A stretch of DNA of 64,000 bases, taken from positions 1-64,000 of the forward strand of contig JAVKIP010000013.1 of the NCBI GenBank assembly GCA_031459385.1, written 5' to 3'. The position numbers were made by a program, and so were the translations under genes. Below the pieces are notes generated by a model. The model saw nothing but the letters and a program-made list of their open reading frames with translations. It did not search any database and had not been told where the DNA came from. This stretch comes from Candidatus Fervidifonticultor secundus. Lineage in GTDB: Bacteria > Sysuimicrobiota > Sysuimicrobiia > Sysuimicrobiales > Humicultoraceae. This document shows, piece after piece, positions 39,967 to 49,531 of this stretch (position 1 is its first letter; each line of letters begins with the position of its first letter).

Positions 39967-41373
39967 GTGGCTCGACAGTGGATGAGCGGGGTCGTGGTGG
40001 GGCTGCTGGCGGGGCTGGCGCTGGCACAGGCACGCCCGTGGACGCCGGCGGCGGGCGGCGCGCCCGCAGAGGTGCAGCCGCCCCCGCGGACGATGCTGCC
40101 AGGCGGGCAGGTGCGCGACTTCCGCCTCGTGGCGCGACCCGGCAAGTGGGAGATCGCGCCGGGCACGACCGTCGACGCCTGGACGTACAACGGCCAGGTC
40201 CCGGGACCCGAGCTGCGCGTGCGCGAAGGCGACCTGGTGCGGGTGATCGTCAAGAACGGGCTGCCGGTGCCCACGACGATCCACTGGCACGGGGTGGACC
40301 TCGACTGGCGCATGGACGGGCCGCCCTTCACCAACCAGGAACCCATCCAGCCGGGGAAGGAGTTCCGCTACGAGTTCGTGGCCACCCCCGCCGGGACCCG
40401 GATCTACCATTCGCACTTCGACCCCGAACACCAGATGGAACTGGGGCTCTACGGCGCCCTGATCGTCGAGCCCCGCGAGCCCGAACCCGTGCGCTACGAC
40501 CGCGAGTACACGTTGATTCTGGACGAGCTGGCGTTGGACTTCACGCCGCGGGTGGCGCTGGGCCGGGACCGCCTGCCCATGGCCGAGTTCGGGAACGGCC
40601 GCGGCGGTGCGCTCCAGTACGACCTGTTCCTGATCAACGGCAGAGCCGGCAGCGCCATCCCGCCGCTCGTCCTGAAGGAACGCGAGCGGGTGCGCGTGCG
40701 GCTGATCAACGTGGGTGCACTGCCCCACGCGATGCACACCCACGGTCACATCTTCAAGATCGTCGCCACCGACGGCAACCCCGTGCCGCCGGCGGGGCAG
40801 TGGCGCAAGGACACGGTGCTGATCGGGCCCGGCGAGCGCTACGACCTTGAACTGGTGGGGTACAACCCCGGCGTCTGGCTGTTCCACTGCCACATGCCCA
40901 ACCACGGGGCCAACGGCATGATGACCTCGATCGTCTACGAGGGCTTCCGGCCGGTGATGGCCCATCCCGACCTCCCCCTGCCCGGGGAGCACCGTCCCCG
41001 GGCACCGGCATCCTCGGCAGGCTCGACACCGCCGCCCCCGCCCGGGAGCGGGGGCGCCGCTCCGGCCCAGTTCCGGGGCGAGGCGGCACCGCCGACCCAG
41101 CCGCGGAGCGAGGTGGGGGTCCGGATGCTCGACAACCGGTTCGAGCCCGCCACCCTGAGCGTTCCGGCCGGGACGCGCGTGGTCTGGGTCAACCGGGGCA
41201 TCAACGCCCACACCACGACGGGTATCGACATCCCCTGGGACAGCCCGAACGTCCTCGCCGGGCGGCGCTTCGCCTTCCTCTTCGCGAAGCCCGGCACGTA
41301 CCGGTACGTGTGCCGCCAGCACCTGCTGAACGGGATGATCGGCACCGTCGAGGTGACGGCAGGAAGGAGGTAG
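39967..41373 (+). CDS. Two-domain multicopper oxidase with an extra C-terminal cupredoxin domain
   Basis: Signal peptide, HWHG, YHSH, HAMHTHGH, HCHMPNH...M, Pro-rich linker, then H...CRQH...M; start uncertain. Confidence 0.9.
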   Translation: MARQWMSGVVVGLLAGLALAQARPWTPAAGGAPAEVQPPPRTMLPGGQVRDFRLVARPGKWEIAPGTTVDAWTYNGQVPGPELRVREGDLVRVIVKNGLPVPTTIHWHGVDLDWRMDGPPFTNQEPIQPGKEFRYEFVATPAGTRIYHSHFDPEHQMELGLYGALIVEPREPEPVRYDREYTLILDELALDFTPRVALGRDRLPMAEFGNGRGGALQYDLFLINGRAGSAIPPLVLKERERVRVRLINVGALPHAMHTHGHIFKIVATDGNPVPPAGQWRKDTVLIGPGERYDLELVGYNPGVWLFHCHMPNHGANGMMTSIVYEGFRPVMAHPDLPLPGEHRPRAPASSAGSTPPPPPGSGGAAPAQFRGEAAPPTQPRSEVGVRMLDNRFEPATLSVPAGTRVVWVNRGINAHTTTGIDIPWDSPNVLAGRRFAFLFAKPGTYRYVCRQHLLNGMIGTVEVTAGRR

Positions 41374-41378
41374 GCGGG

Positions 41379-41947
41379 ATGAGCGTGCGGTATCGTCTGG
41401 CGGCCCTCGCCGCCGTTGCCGCCGCGCTGGGGGCGCAGGCGGTCCCGGCGGGGGCTGCCCAGCAAGCGCCGGATTTCTCGCTCGTCAACCAGGACGGCCG
41501 CCGCGTCACGCTGCGGCAGTTCCGGGGCCGCGTCGTGCTCATGAATTCATCTACACGCACTGCACCGACGTCTGCCCGCTGGCCACCCTCAAGCTCGCCC
41601 AGGTGCAGCGCGAACTGACCGCCCGCGGCTGGTCCGGGACGCGGGTCGTGTTGCTGTCGGTCAGCTTCGATCCCGCCAGGGACACCCCGGCCGTGCTGCG
41701 GGCGTATGCCAAGCGCTTCAGGGCCGACACCACGACCTGGCACTTCCTGACGGGTCCGGCGGCGGTCGTCGACAGGGTGATCAAGGCGTATGGGATCCCG
41801 GTGAAGCCGGCGGCGAAGCAGGGGCTGGTCGATCACGCCCTGCCGACTCTGGTCATCGACCAACGGGGCGCGCTGCTGGGGCACTACGAACCGGACTTCA
41901 CGCCAGGTGACGTCGTGAGCGACCTGACGAAACTGCTGGGCCCCTGA
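41379..41947 (+). pseudogene. SCO1/SenC copper chaperone with a one-base deletion near 41545
   Basis: APDFSLVNQDG...VVLMN then FIYTHCTDVCP, SFDPARD and VDHA in the next frame; span is 569 nt (3n+2). Confidence 0.85.
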
Positions 41948-41958
41948 GGCCGTCACGT

Positions 41959-42010
41959 CAGCCAGATCCACGCCGAGGAACAGATGAAGGGCACCGTCGT
42001 GGTGGAGTGG
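41959..42010 (+). pseudogene. Orphan C-terminal cupredoxin fragment
   Basis: SQIHAEEQMKGTVVVE resembles CxxH-x4-MxGxxxV with Cys replaced by Ser; no upstream part. Confidence 0.45.
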
Positions 42011-42186
42011 GCTCGCAGACGGCGGCGGCAGGGGGAGGGTGCGTCCGCCCCGTCCGTCCGCGCCGTCGCAGGGCCCCGACCTGGCGGCCGCCGCGACGCG
42101 GCAGGAGAATGCCCGCGCACCTGTGAAGCACACCCGCTGAACCGGTGCGGCTGCCGGCGAGCGCTCTGGAGATGCCGGGGGCGACC

Positions 42187-42525
42187 ATGCTGTGGGACAT
42201 CGGACGCTGGGTGGTCACCGGGCTCCTCCTGCTCCTCTTCGCGAGCGTGGCGCTCTTCGAGGTGCTGAACCTGCCGCCCGACGACCCGCTGTTCCAGATG
42301 ATGGGGAATCCCGCCTGGGTGAAGGACCTGCGCGCCATCCGTCAGGCCGCAGATTCCCGCCAGCCGTACTGGAAGCAGTACCTCGTCTGGCTCAGCCGGT
42401 TCACGACCTACCTGTGGGGTCGTCTCCGCCGCGTCAGCCTGCCGGCGGATGCAGCCCGACACGCCGGCACGGCCCGCGCGGCACGCGCTTTTGCAGGCGC
42501 ATTCGCCCCGACCTCCCGCGCCTAG
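42187..42525 (+). CDS. Stand-alone N-terminal part of a DppB-like permease (fragment or small protein)
   Basis: TM helix, LPPDDP, then QPYWKQYLVWL matching DppB N-termini; the rest of the permease is absent. Confidence 0.55.
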   Translation: MLWDIGRWVVTGLLLLLFASVALFEVLNLPPDDPLFQMMGNPAWVKDLRAIRQAADSRQPYWKQYLVWLSRFTTYLWGRLRRVSLPADAARHAGTARAARAFAGAFAPTSRA

Positions 42526-43415
42526 CGCCGCAGCTCAGCGTACTCGCGAACGTCCAGGAGATCCCGCAGGCCGTCTCCCACGAAGTTGATGCTGAGGACG
42601 ATGAGCATGATCGCCAGACCGGGGAAGATGCCCAGCCACCACGCGCTCACGAAGAAGGGCCGGGCGTCGTTGAGGATCAGCCCCCAGGTCGGCGTCGTCG
42701 GCTTCACCCCGAGCCCCAGGAAGGACAACCCGGCCTCCGCCAGGATCGCGTACGAGACGCTCACGGTGGCCTGAACGATGATGGGCGAGGCGACGTTGGG
42801 CAGGACGTGGCGCAGCATGACACGGCCGTCGGAGGCGCCCTGGGCCCGGGCGGCGGTCACGAACTCCTCCTCTCGAACCGCCAGCACCGAGCCGCGGGTG
42901 ATGCGGGCGAAGTCGTCCAGGAAGGCCAGCGTCACGGCGACGATGACGTTCTCCAGCCCCGTGCCGAAGACAGCCACGAGCGCCACCGCGATGATGAAGT
43001 TGGGGAAGGCCCACTGGAGGTCGATGTAGCGCATGACGAGCATGTCGATCCAGCGCCCGTAGTACCCGGATACCAGCCCCAGTCCGACGCCGACCACCGT
43101 CGCCAGCGCGACGGTCACCACGCCGACGAACAGCGAGATCCGCGCCCCGTGAATGATGCGGCTGGCGAGATCCCGGCCGAGGTCGTCGGTCCCCAACCAG
43201 TGGCGCCTCCCCGGCGGCTGCAGCAGTTCCTGCGACTGCGCGTTGGGGTCGTAGGGCGCGACGGCCGGTGCCGAGACGGCGGCCGCCACGGCCAGCGCCA
43301 GCACCAGCAGGCCCAGGCTGGCGCGTCGGTCCCGCCACAGCCGTGCCAGCACCACGCGGACGCCGCGCCGCGAAGCCAGGCGCGGCAGCTCGACGACGGT
43401 GACGGAGGCACTCAC
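42522..43415 (-). CDS. ABC permease, DppC-like
   Basis: LGTDDLGRD, EEFVTAARAQG, GDGLRD; start uncertain. Confidence 0.93.
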   Translation of the reverse strand: MSASVTVVELPRLASRRGVRVVLARLWRDRRASLGLLVLALAVAAAVSAPAVAPYDPNAQSQELLQPPGRRHWLGTDDLGRDLASRIIHGARISLFVGVVTVALATVVGVGLGLVSGYYGRWIDMLVMRYIDLQWAFPNFIIAVALVAVFGTGLENVIVAVTLAFLDDFARITRGSVLAVREEEFVTAARAQGASDGRVMLRHVLPNVASPIIVQATVSVSYAILAEAGLSFLGLGVKPTTPTWGLILNDARPFFVSAWWLGIFPGLAIMLIVLSINFVGDGLRDLLDVREYAELRR

Positions 43416-43419
43416 GGGC

Positions 43420-44367
43420 TCAGCTTGCGTAACGGATCTTGGGGTTGACAAGGGCGTAGAGCAGGTCCACCGCCAGGTTCATGGCCACGAAGACGGCAGC
43501 GATGACCAGGATCGTCCCCTGGACCACCGGGAAATCGCGGTTCAGGATGGCCTCGATGAGGAGCCTGCCCACCCCTTTGATGGCGAAGACGTTCTCGGCG
43601 ATCACGGCCCCGGCCAGCAGGAGCGCGAAGGCGATGCCCATGACGGTGATGACGGGGATGAGGCCGTTGCGCAGCGCATGGCGCAGGACGACCGCGCGCT
43701 CCCCGAGCCCCTTGGCCCGCGCCGTCCGCACGTAGTCTTCCCGCAGCACCTCCAGCAGCGCCGACCGGGTCATGCGGGTCAGGATGGCGGCGAACGAGGT
43801 ACCCGTGGTGATCGCCGGGAGCACGAGATGCGAGAGCCATGGCCAGAGGCCGGTAGCCAGGGGCTCGTACCCGAATGCCGGCAGCAGCTGCCAGCGCACC
43901 GAGAACACGATGATGAGCACGATGCCGACCCAGAAGTCCGGCATGGCCAGGCCCAGGAACGCGAAGCCGGTCAGCGCATGGTCGTAGACGGAGTACTTGC
44001 GCACGGCCGAGACGATGCCCGCGGGCAGTGCAATCGCCACCGCCACGAGGAACGACAGCAGAGCCAGTGACAGCGTGCGCGGCAGGGCGTCCCGAAGCAG
44101 CACGGCTACGCGCTGCCGGTTCCAGATCGAGTGGCCCAGGTCGCCTCGGGCCACGCGGGCCAGCCAGCGCACGTACTGCACGGGAACCGGGCGGTCGAGC
44201 CCAAGTTGCCGCCGGATGAGCTCGACCGCCTGCGGATCCCCTTCGAAGCCGACCAGCGCGCGCACCGGATCGCCGGGAATGGCCCGCATCATCACGAACA
44301 CCAGCGTGGCCACGGCCCACATGACCAGGGCCGCATAGACGATCCGGCGGAGGATGTACTCCCGCAC
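43420..44367 (-). CDS. ABC permease, DppB-like
   Basis: PGDPV, DYVRTARAKG, RDFPVVQG. Confidence 0.95.
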   Translation of the reverse strand: MREYILRRIVYAALVMWAVATLVFVMMRAIPGDPVRALVGFEGDPQAVELIRRQLGLDRPVPVQYVRWLARVARGDLGHSIWNRQRVAVLLRDALPRTLSLALLSFLVAVAIALPAGIVSAVRKYSVYDHALTGFAFLGLAMPDFWVGIVLIIVFSVRWQLLPAFGYEPLATGLWPWLSHLVLPAITTGTSFAAILTRMTRSALLEVLREDYVRTARAKGLGERAVVLRHALRNGLIPVITVMGIAFALLLAGAVIAENVFAIKGVGRLLIEAILNRDFPVVQGTILVIAAVFVAMNLAVDLLYALVNPKIRYAS

Positions 44368-44386
44368 AGCGGGATGCCCCGCCCGG

Positions 44387-46075
44387 CTACCGAACGGTAA
44401 TCGTGTCCAGGTCCCGGAGGCCCGGGATGTGCAGCACCCCCCGTACGTGCTTGCGGTACGCCAGTTCGTCCATGGGGTGGAACAGGAAGACGCAGGGCGC
44501 GTCCTTGGCGATGAGGTCCACGGCCGCCTGCACCCAGCGGACCCGCTTGGTGACGTCGGCCGTCTCGCGCTGGGCGTCGTTCAGCGCGTCGACCTGCGGG
44601 TTGTTGTACCCGAAGGTGTTGAACTTCGCACCGCTCCAGAACCAGTCGTCGATGGAGTCGTCAGGGTCGGGGTCGCCACCGCTGCCGATCTGCACCAGCT
44701 CGTACTGTCCCTGATTGAGGCGCTGCACCTGCACGGGGAAGTCCACTACCTCCAGCTCGATGTCCAGCCGGAGCGTGCGCTTGTAGATGTCAGCGATGAC
44801 CTCGCCGCGGCGGCGCACGAGGGGCGTGACCAGCATCTTGATCTTGAAGCCATTGGGGTACCCGGCCTCAGCCAGCAGCCGGCGCGCCTCGTCCGGGTCG
44901 AACCGCTGGGCGCTCGTCGCGCCCAGATCGCGGAAGTACTGCTTCTGCGCCCGGGGAATGGGGCCGTAGGCCGGCACGCCGCGCCCGAACAGGGCGCGGC
45001 GGATCAGGTCGTCTCGATCCATGCCCTTGGCCATGGCCAGCCGCACCTTCTGGTCGTCGGTGGGCAACCGGTCCCGGCCGATCCGCTGGGCCTTGTCCCG
45101 CCGCAGGTTGAAGAAGATGGCCTGGAAGCCCGGATCGTCGGCGGAGGAGATGGTGACCTGGGGGTTGCCGGCCAGCCGAGGCCGCAGGGCCTCCGGAACG
45201 GCATTGATGTACTCCACCTGCCCAGACTCGATGGCCGAGACCAGCGTCGCCGGCTCCTCGATGTTGAAGATCGTCACCCGGTCGACCAGGGGGCGGCCGC
45301 TGACGTGGTAGTCGGGGAACTTTTCCAGCACCAGCCGCTCGCCCAGCCGGTGTTCGACGATGCGGAACGGCCCGGTGCCCACCGGCCGTCGGGTGTGCCC
45401 TTCGCGTCCCAGCTGCTGGATGGCCCGCCGGTTCACGATGGTCAGGGCCCGGCCACTGCTGCGCTCGGTGATCTTGATCAGGAACGACGCCCGGGGCTCC
45501 TTCATGTGGAAGCGAACCGTGAAGTCGTCGAGCTTCTCCAGCCGCTCGATGGGGTCGAGGATCGAGCGGTGGAGCGACTGCGTGGCGGGATCGCGGGTCC
45601 GGTTGAAGGTGAAGACGACGTCGTCGGCCGTGAACCGGTCGCCGTTGTGCCAGCGCACGCCCCGGCGGAGCCGGAAGGTCCAGGTGAGCCCGTCGCTGGA
45701 CACCTCCCAGCCCTCGGCCAGGTCGGGGCGCGGGATGAGCCCGGCATCGATGTGCGTCAGGCCACCCAGCACGTTGCTCGTGACCTGGAACTGCACGACC
45801 TGGTTGATGTAGGCCGGGTCCAGGTTGGTGAACTCACGCACCGCCCAGGCAGCCTTCAGTTCGCCGCCGGGCTGGCCCTGCGCGAAGGCCGGGGCAGGGG
45901 CGAAGAGCGGCACCAGGTAGTGCAGGGCGCCGCTGGCGAGGACCAGCCTGAGCATCGTCCGCCGCGTCAGGCGGTCGCTGCTCAGGTCTTCCCAGTCGAG
46001 GCCGAGGCGGGGATCCCGGGGGTCGAAGTCCGCCGCCCACGCGAGGTCTTCCAGGACGCGCGCTCTCTCCTCCAT
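44387..46075 (-). CDS. ABC substrate-binding protein, family 5
   Basis: LTRRTML Tat-like motif after an acidic extension, LRRGVRWHNG, GTGPF; AGGAGG RBS. Confidence 0.93.
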   Translation of the reverse strand: MEERARVLEDLAWAADFDPRDPRLGLDWEDLSSDRLTRRTMLRLVLASGALHYLVPLFAPAPAFAQGQPGGELKAAWAVREFTNLDPAYINQVVQFQVTSNVLGGLTHIDAGLIPRPDLAEGWEVSSDGLTWTFRLRRGVRWHNGDRFTADDVVFTFNRTRDPATQSLHRSILDPIERLEKLDDFTVRFHMKEPRASFLIKITERSSGRALTIVNRRAIQQLGREGHTRRPVGTGPFRIVEHRLGERLVLEKFPDYHVSGRPLVDRVTIFNIEEPATLVSAIESGQVEYINAVPEALRPRLAGNPQVTISSADDPGFQAIFFNLRRDKAQRIGRDRLPTDDQKVRLAMAKGMDRDDLIRRALFGRGVPAYGPIPRAQKQYFRDLGATSAQRFDPDEARRLLAEAGYPNGFKIKMLVTPLVRRRGEVIADIYKRTLRLDIELEVVDFPVQVQRLNQGQYELVQIGSGGDPDPDDSIDDWFWSGAKFNTFGYNNPQVDALNDAQRETADVTKRVRWVQAAVDLIAKDAPCVFLFHPMDELAYRKHVRGVLHIPGLRDLDTITVR

Positions 46076-46161
46076 GTCGGCCCTCCTGGCGGGTTATCGT
46101 CCTGCGCGATCGTGAGCATCGTGCCGCGGCGGCGAAGCCCCGCAGCCACCATAGCCGATCT

Positions 46162-46863
46162 TCACGCTCGCAACGACGCCTCGATTAGGTCGAAGTGCCG
46201 ATCCATGGCGCGTACCGCCTGGTCCCTCTGGCCAGCGGCCAGGGCCCGATAGATGTCAGCGTGCGCCTCGTACATCGTGGTAAAGAACGCGCTGTCCGGC
46301 GCGTACTCGCGACGCCGCATCTCCAGCGCCAGCTGGCGCTGCATGATCTCCAGCAGAGGACGGACGGCCCGCACGAGCAGGTCGTTGCCGGTCAGGCGGA
46401 GGATCGCCACGTGAAATGCCACGTTGGCGGCACCGAAGCGGTCGTAGTCCCGGGCTGCCGCCGCAGTACCCATCTCGTCGAGCGCCTGCTCGACGTCCTC
46501 GAGCCCGCCAGCCAGGGCTCGCTCGGCCGCGACCTCGACCACGGCCCGCTCGAGGACACGCCGGGCCTCGAGGGCCTCGACGGGGCTTTCCTCCTCTTCG
46601 AGCAGCGAGAGCGCGACTTCCCGGTGCTCGGGCACCCGGACGACGTAGGTGCCTTCACCCGCCCGGCTTTCCAGGATCCCCACCACCTGGAGCGCGCTGA
46701 GCGCCTCGCGCACCGAGGGCCGGCTGACGCCCATCTGCTCGCCGATCACCCGCTCCGACGGCAGCCTGTCGCCGACGTTATAGTCTCCCCGCCGAATCGC
46801 GTCGATGATCTGCTCGGCGACGTACGTACTCTTGCGCTTTGTGGCGATACGTTGAAAGGTCAT
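46162..46863 (-). CDS. GntR/FadR-family regulator
   Basis: GDRLPSER, GVSRPSVREAL, FCD-like FH...GN...H...H. Confidence 0.93.
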   Translation of the reverse strand: MTFQRIATKRKSTYVAEQIIDAIRRGDYNVGDRLPSERVIGEQMGVSRPSVREALSALQVVGILESRAGEGTYVVRVPEHREVALSLLEEEESPVEALEARRVLERAVVEVAAERALAGGLEDVEQALDEMGTAAAARDYDRFGAANVAFHVAILRLTGNDLLVRAVRPLLEIMQRQLALEMRRREYAPDSAFFTTMYEAHADIYRALAAGQRDQAVRAMDRHFDLIEASLRA

Positions 46864-46876
46864 CGCAGTTGCCCAA

Positions 46877-46905
46877 ATCCTAAGGACGGCCTGTCAGGTT
46901 GTCAA
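46877..46905 (-). promoter_or_regulatory. Sigma70-type promoter for gntR
   Basis: TTGACA (46905-46900), 17-bp spacer containing CCTGACAGG, TAGGAT (46882-46877). Confidence 0.75.
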
Positions 46906-48249
46906 GCGGTATGACCAATGGCGACCGACGAGGGCATGCAGCACGAAGGCCATGGCGAAACTCGGCAGCGACGCGCCCATCCCCGGCGCCAGACCCTTGA
47001 CGCCGAGTGCCGGTAGCCCGGCGATGGCCAGGTACGTGATCACTCCGGCGGCCCAGACCGCGATCGCAGGCCAGTTCGTCCCGCCCCCGTACCAGTACAT
47101 GCCGCCGGCCCGCAGCAGCTCGGCGGGCTCGTAGCGCCAGCGGCGCACCACGACGTAGTCGGCGGCCAGCACGCCGAGCAGCGGCACGAACGCCGACCCG
47201 ATGAGCAGCAGGAAGCTCTCGTACTGTGTCAGCGGCACGGTCCACGCGATGGCCAGGACGACGACGCCGATCCCCAGAATCAGCCGTCGCTGGGAAGCCG
47301 CGGGAACGAGGTTCTGAATCGAGACGGCCGTCGAGTAGATGTTGGCGAACGCCTCGTCGGTCTCGTCCACCAGGATCACCAGCAGCGCAAGCCACCCGGC
47401 CGTCAGGCCGGCGATGGCCGCCAGCAGCGGCGCGATGGGCGCCTGCGGGTCGAACGCCACGCCGGCCGCCAGGACCAGTGCGGCGCCCAGCGCATAGAAC
47501 CACACATGGGGAATGAAGTAGCCCACAGCCGTGCCCCAGAACGCGTCGCGCCGCGACCGCGCAAACCGGCTGTAGTCCGCCACCAGCGGGAACCACGAGA
47601 TCGGCATGGCGACCACCAGGTCCACGGCCAGCCAGAATGACATCTCGCCGGTACCCGGCCGCGCCACCAGCGCCCGGAGGTCGTAGGCGCCCAGCAGCGC
47701 CACGGTGATCCACAGCGTGGACGCCGCGACCGCCCATACGGCGAACTTCTCCAGCCACCGCTTCACGACCACCACCGGCCCGCCCAGCGCCATGATGACC
47801 GTGAGCACGGTGAAAACCAGCGCCCACAGCCGGTAGGCCGACGGCAGCCCCATGAACCGCACCATCAGCATGTCCACGGCCTGGGCCATCACGATGACCT
47901 CGAACGCCGCCCATCCCAGCAACTGGAGGACGTTGAGCACCGTGGGGGCGTACGACCCGCGCACGCCCAGGGGCGCCCGCAGGAGCACCATGGTGGGCAC
48001 GCCAGCGTCGCTGCCGATGGCCGCGGCGACCCCCAGGAGCAGGTTGCCGATCACGGCGCCAACGACGATCGCCAGCAGTGCCTGGCCGAGCCCCAGCCCC
48101 GGCACCAGGAACATGCCGACCACCATCACCAGGAAACTCACGCCGAGGTCGGCCCACAGCACGAAGGTGTCCCACAACCCCAGCGCCCGGCGCTGAGCCG
48201 GGACCGGCTCGATGCCCGCGTGGGCAGCATGCTGCGCAAGCGTTGCCAC
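46894..48249 (-). CDS. NCS1/CytX-like thiamine-precursor (HMP) permease
   Basis: Multi-TM, SWFPLVADYSRF, ANIYS; downstream of a TPP riboswitch; GGAGG RBS. Confidence 0.85.
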   Translation of the reverse strand: MATLAQHAAHAGIEPVPAQRRALGLWDTFVLWADLGVSFLVMVVGMFLVPGLGLGQALLAIVVGAVIGNLLLGVAAAIGSDAGVPTMVLLRAPLGVRGSYAPTVLNVLQLLGWAAFEVIVMAQAVDMLMVRFMGLPSAYRLWALVFTVLTVIMALGGPVVVVKRWLEKFAVWAVAASTLWITVALLGAYDLRALVARPGTGEMSFWLAVDLVVAMPISWFPLVADYSRFARSRRDAFWGTAVGYFIPHVWFYALGAALVLAAGVAFDPQAPIAPLLAAIAGLTAGWLALLVILVDETDEAFANIYSTAVSIQNLVPAASQRRLILGIGVVVLAIAWTVPLTQYESFLLLIGSAFVPLLGVLAADYVVVRRWRYEPAELLRAGGMYWYGGGTNWPAIAVWAAGVITYLAIAGLPALGVKGLAPGMGASLPSFAMAFVLHALVGRHWSYRLTT

Positions 48250-48266
48250 GGATCGCCTCCGGGAAC

Positions 48267-48296
48267 GCAAAGAGCCGCCGGTGAACCGGCGGCTCT
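48267..48296 (-). terminator. Riboswitch expression-platform hairpin (probable terminator)
   Basis: AGAGCCGCCGG-TTCA-CCGGCGGCTCT followed by a short T-rich tail (TTGCGTT). Confidence 0.7.
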
Positions 48297-48302
48297 GACG
48301 CA

Positions 48303-48392
48303 TCCAACTCCCTCCGCTGGTATTACCCAGCTCAGGTTCAGACGGTCGGTGGCGGGACGGCCACCCTCTCAGCCCGGCTCCCCGAGCTCCCG
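48303..48392 (-). promoter_or_regulatory. TPP riboswitch
   Basis: GGGGAGCC..GGCTGAGAG...TGAACCTGAGCTGGGTAATACCAGCGGAGGGAG on the minus strand; P1 AGCUC/GAGUU. Confidence 0.95.
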
Positions 48393-48534
48393 CGTACTAT
48401 GGGTCTATGGACTCTAGCCTACGGCCGGCCGCGAGATCTGGCAAGGGGCCCGGCGTACTGGCCCTGGCGAGGGCGCGTGAGCTCTCGGTACAATGAGGCC
48501 GGTAGCCAACCCCCGCAGGGAGGAGGGATTTGCC

Positions 48535-49518
48535 TTGACGTACCGTCCCGGAGGATTGCTCGCGGTCGTCGCGCTGCTGGCGGCGCTGGTGCTCCCCGCC
48601 GCCCAGCCGCCGGCGGTCGCAGCACCCACGATTCGGCTCTCGATCGCGACCGGTACGACCGGCGGAGTCTACTTCCCGCTTGGCGGCGGGCTGGCATCGC
48701 TGATCTCCAAGGAACTGCCCGGTATCACGGCCACCGCCGAGGTCACCCCCGCGTCGGTGGACAACATGCGGTTGATCCAGGCCAAGCGGGCCGACCTCGC
48801 GTTCACGCTCGCTGACACCGCCTACGACGCGTTCAAAGGGCTCGAAGCCTTTCGCGGCGCACCGGTGCCGATCCGCACGCTGGCCCCGCTGTACAACAAC
48901 TTCAACCACCTGGTGACCGTGGAGGGTACCGGCATCAGCACCATCGCCGACCTGCGGGGCAAGCCCGTCTCGGTCGGGCCGCCGGGCAGCGGCACCGAGC
49001 TCACGGCGCTGCGCATCCTCGAGGCCGCGGGGCTGAACCCGGACCGGGACATCCGCAAGGAGCGTCTGGGGCCGGCACCGTCGGCGGACGCTCTCAAGGA
49101 CCGCAAGATCGTAGCCTTCTTCTGGAGCGGCGGCCTGCCCACGCCCAGTGTGCTCGACCTGGCCGTCTCGCCCGGCGTGCGCATCAAACTGGTACCGCTC
49201 GACTCCCTGTTGCCCGCCATGCAGAAGAAGTGGGGTAACCTCTACTTCCGCTCTGTCATCCAGAAGGAGTTCTACCCGGGCATGGCGGCCGATGTGCCCA
49301 CGATTGGCGTGGCGAATCTCCTGGTGGTCCACCAGGACTTCAGCGCCGATCTGGCGTACCGCATCACGAAGCTCCTGTTCGAGAAGCGCGACGACCTGGC
49401 GCGGGTGCACAAGGAGGCCGCCAACATCACCCTGATCGGTGCCGCGGGCCGCTCCCCCGTGCCCTTCCACCCCGGCGCCATCCGGTACTTCAAGGAGCGC
49501 GGCGTCGAAGGGTTCTAG
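48535..49518 (+). CDS. TAXI-family TRAP solute receptor
   Basis: IATGTTGGVYFPLG, SVDN, GPPGSGT, PFHPGA; GGAGGAGG RBS before TTG. Confidence 0.93.
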   Translation: MTYRPGGLLAVVALLAALVLPAAQPPAVAAPTIRLSIATGTTGGVYFPLGGGLASLISKELPGITATAEVTPASVDNMRLIQAKRADLAFTLADTAYDAFKGLEAFRGAPVPIRTLAPLYNNFNHLVTVEGTGISTIADLRGKPVSVGPPGSGTELTALRILEAAGLNPDRDIRKERLGPAPSADALKDRKIVAFFWSGGLPTPSVLDLAVSPGVRIKLVPLDSLLPAMQKKWGNLYFRSVIQKEFYPGMAADVPTIGVANLLVVHQDFSADLAYRITKLLFEKRDDLARVHKEAANITLIGAAGRSPVPFHPGAIRYFKERGVEGF

Positions 49519-49531
49519 GCGCGCGCCGTGG

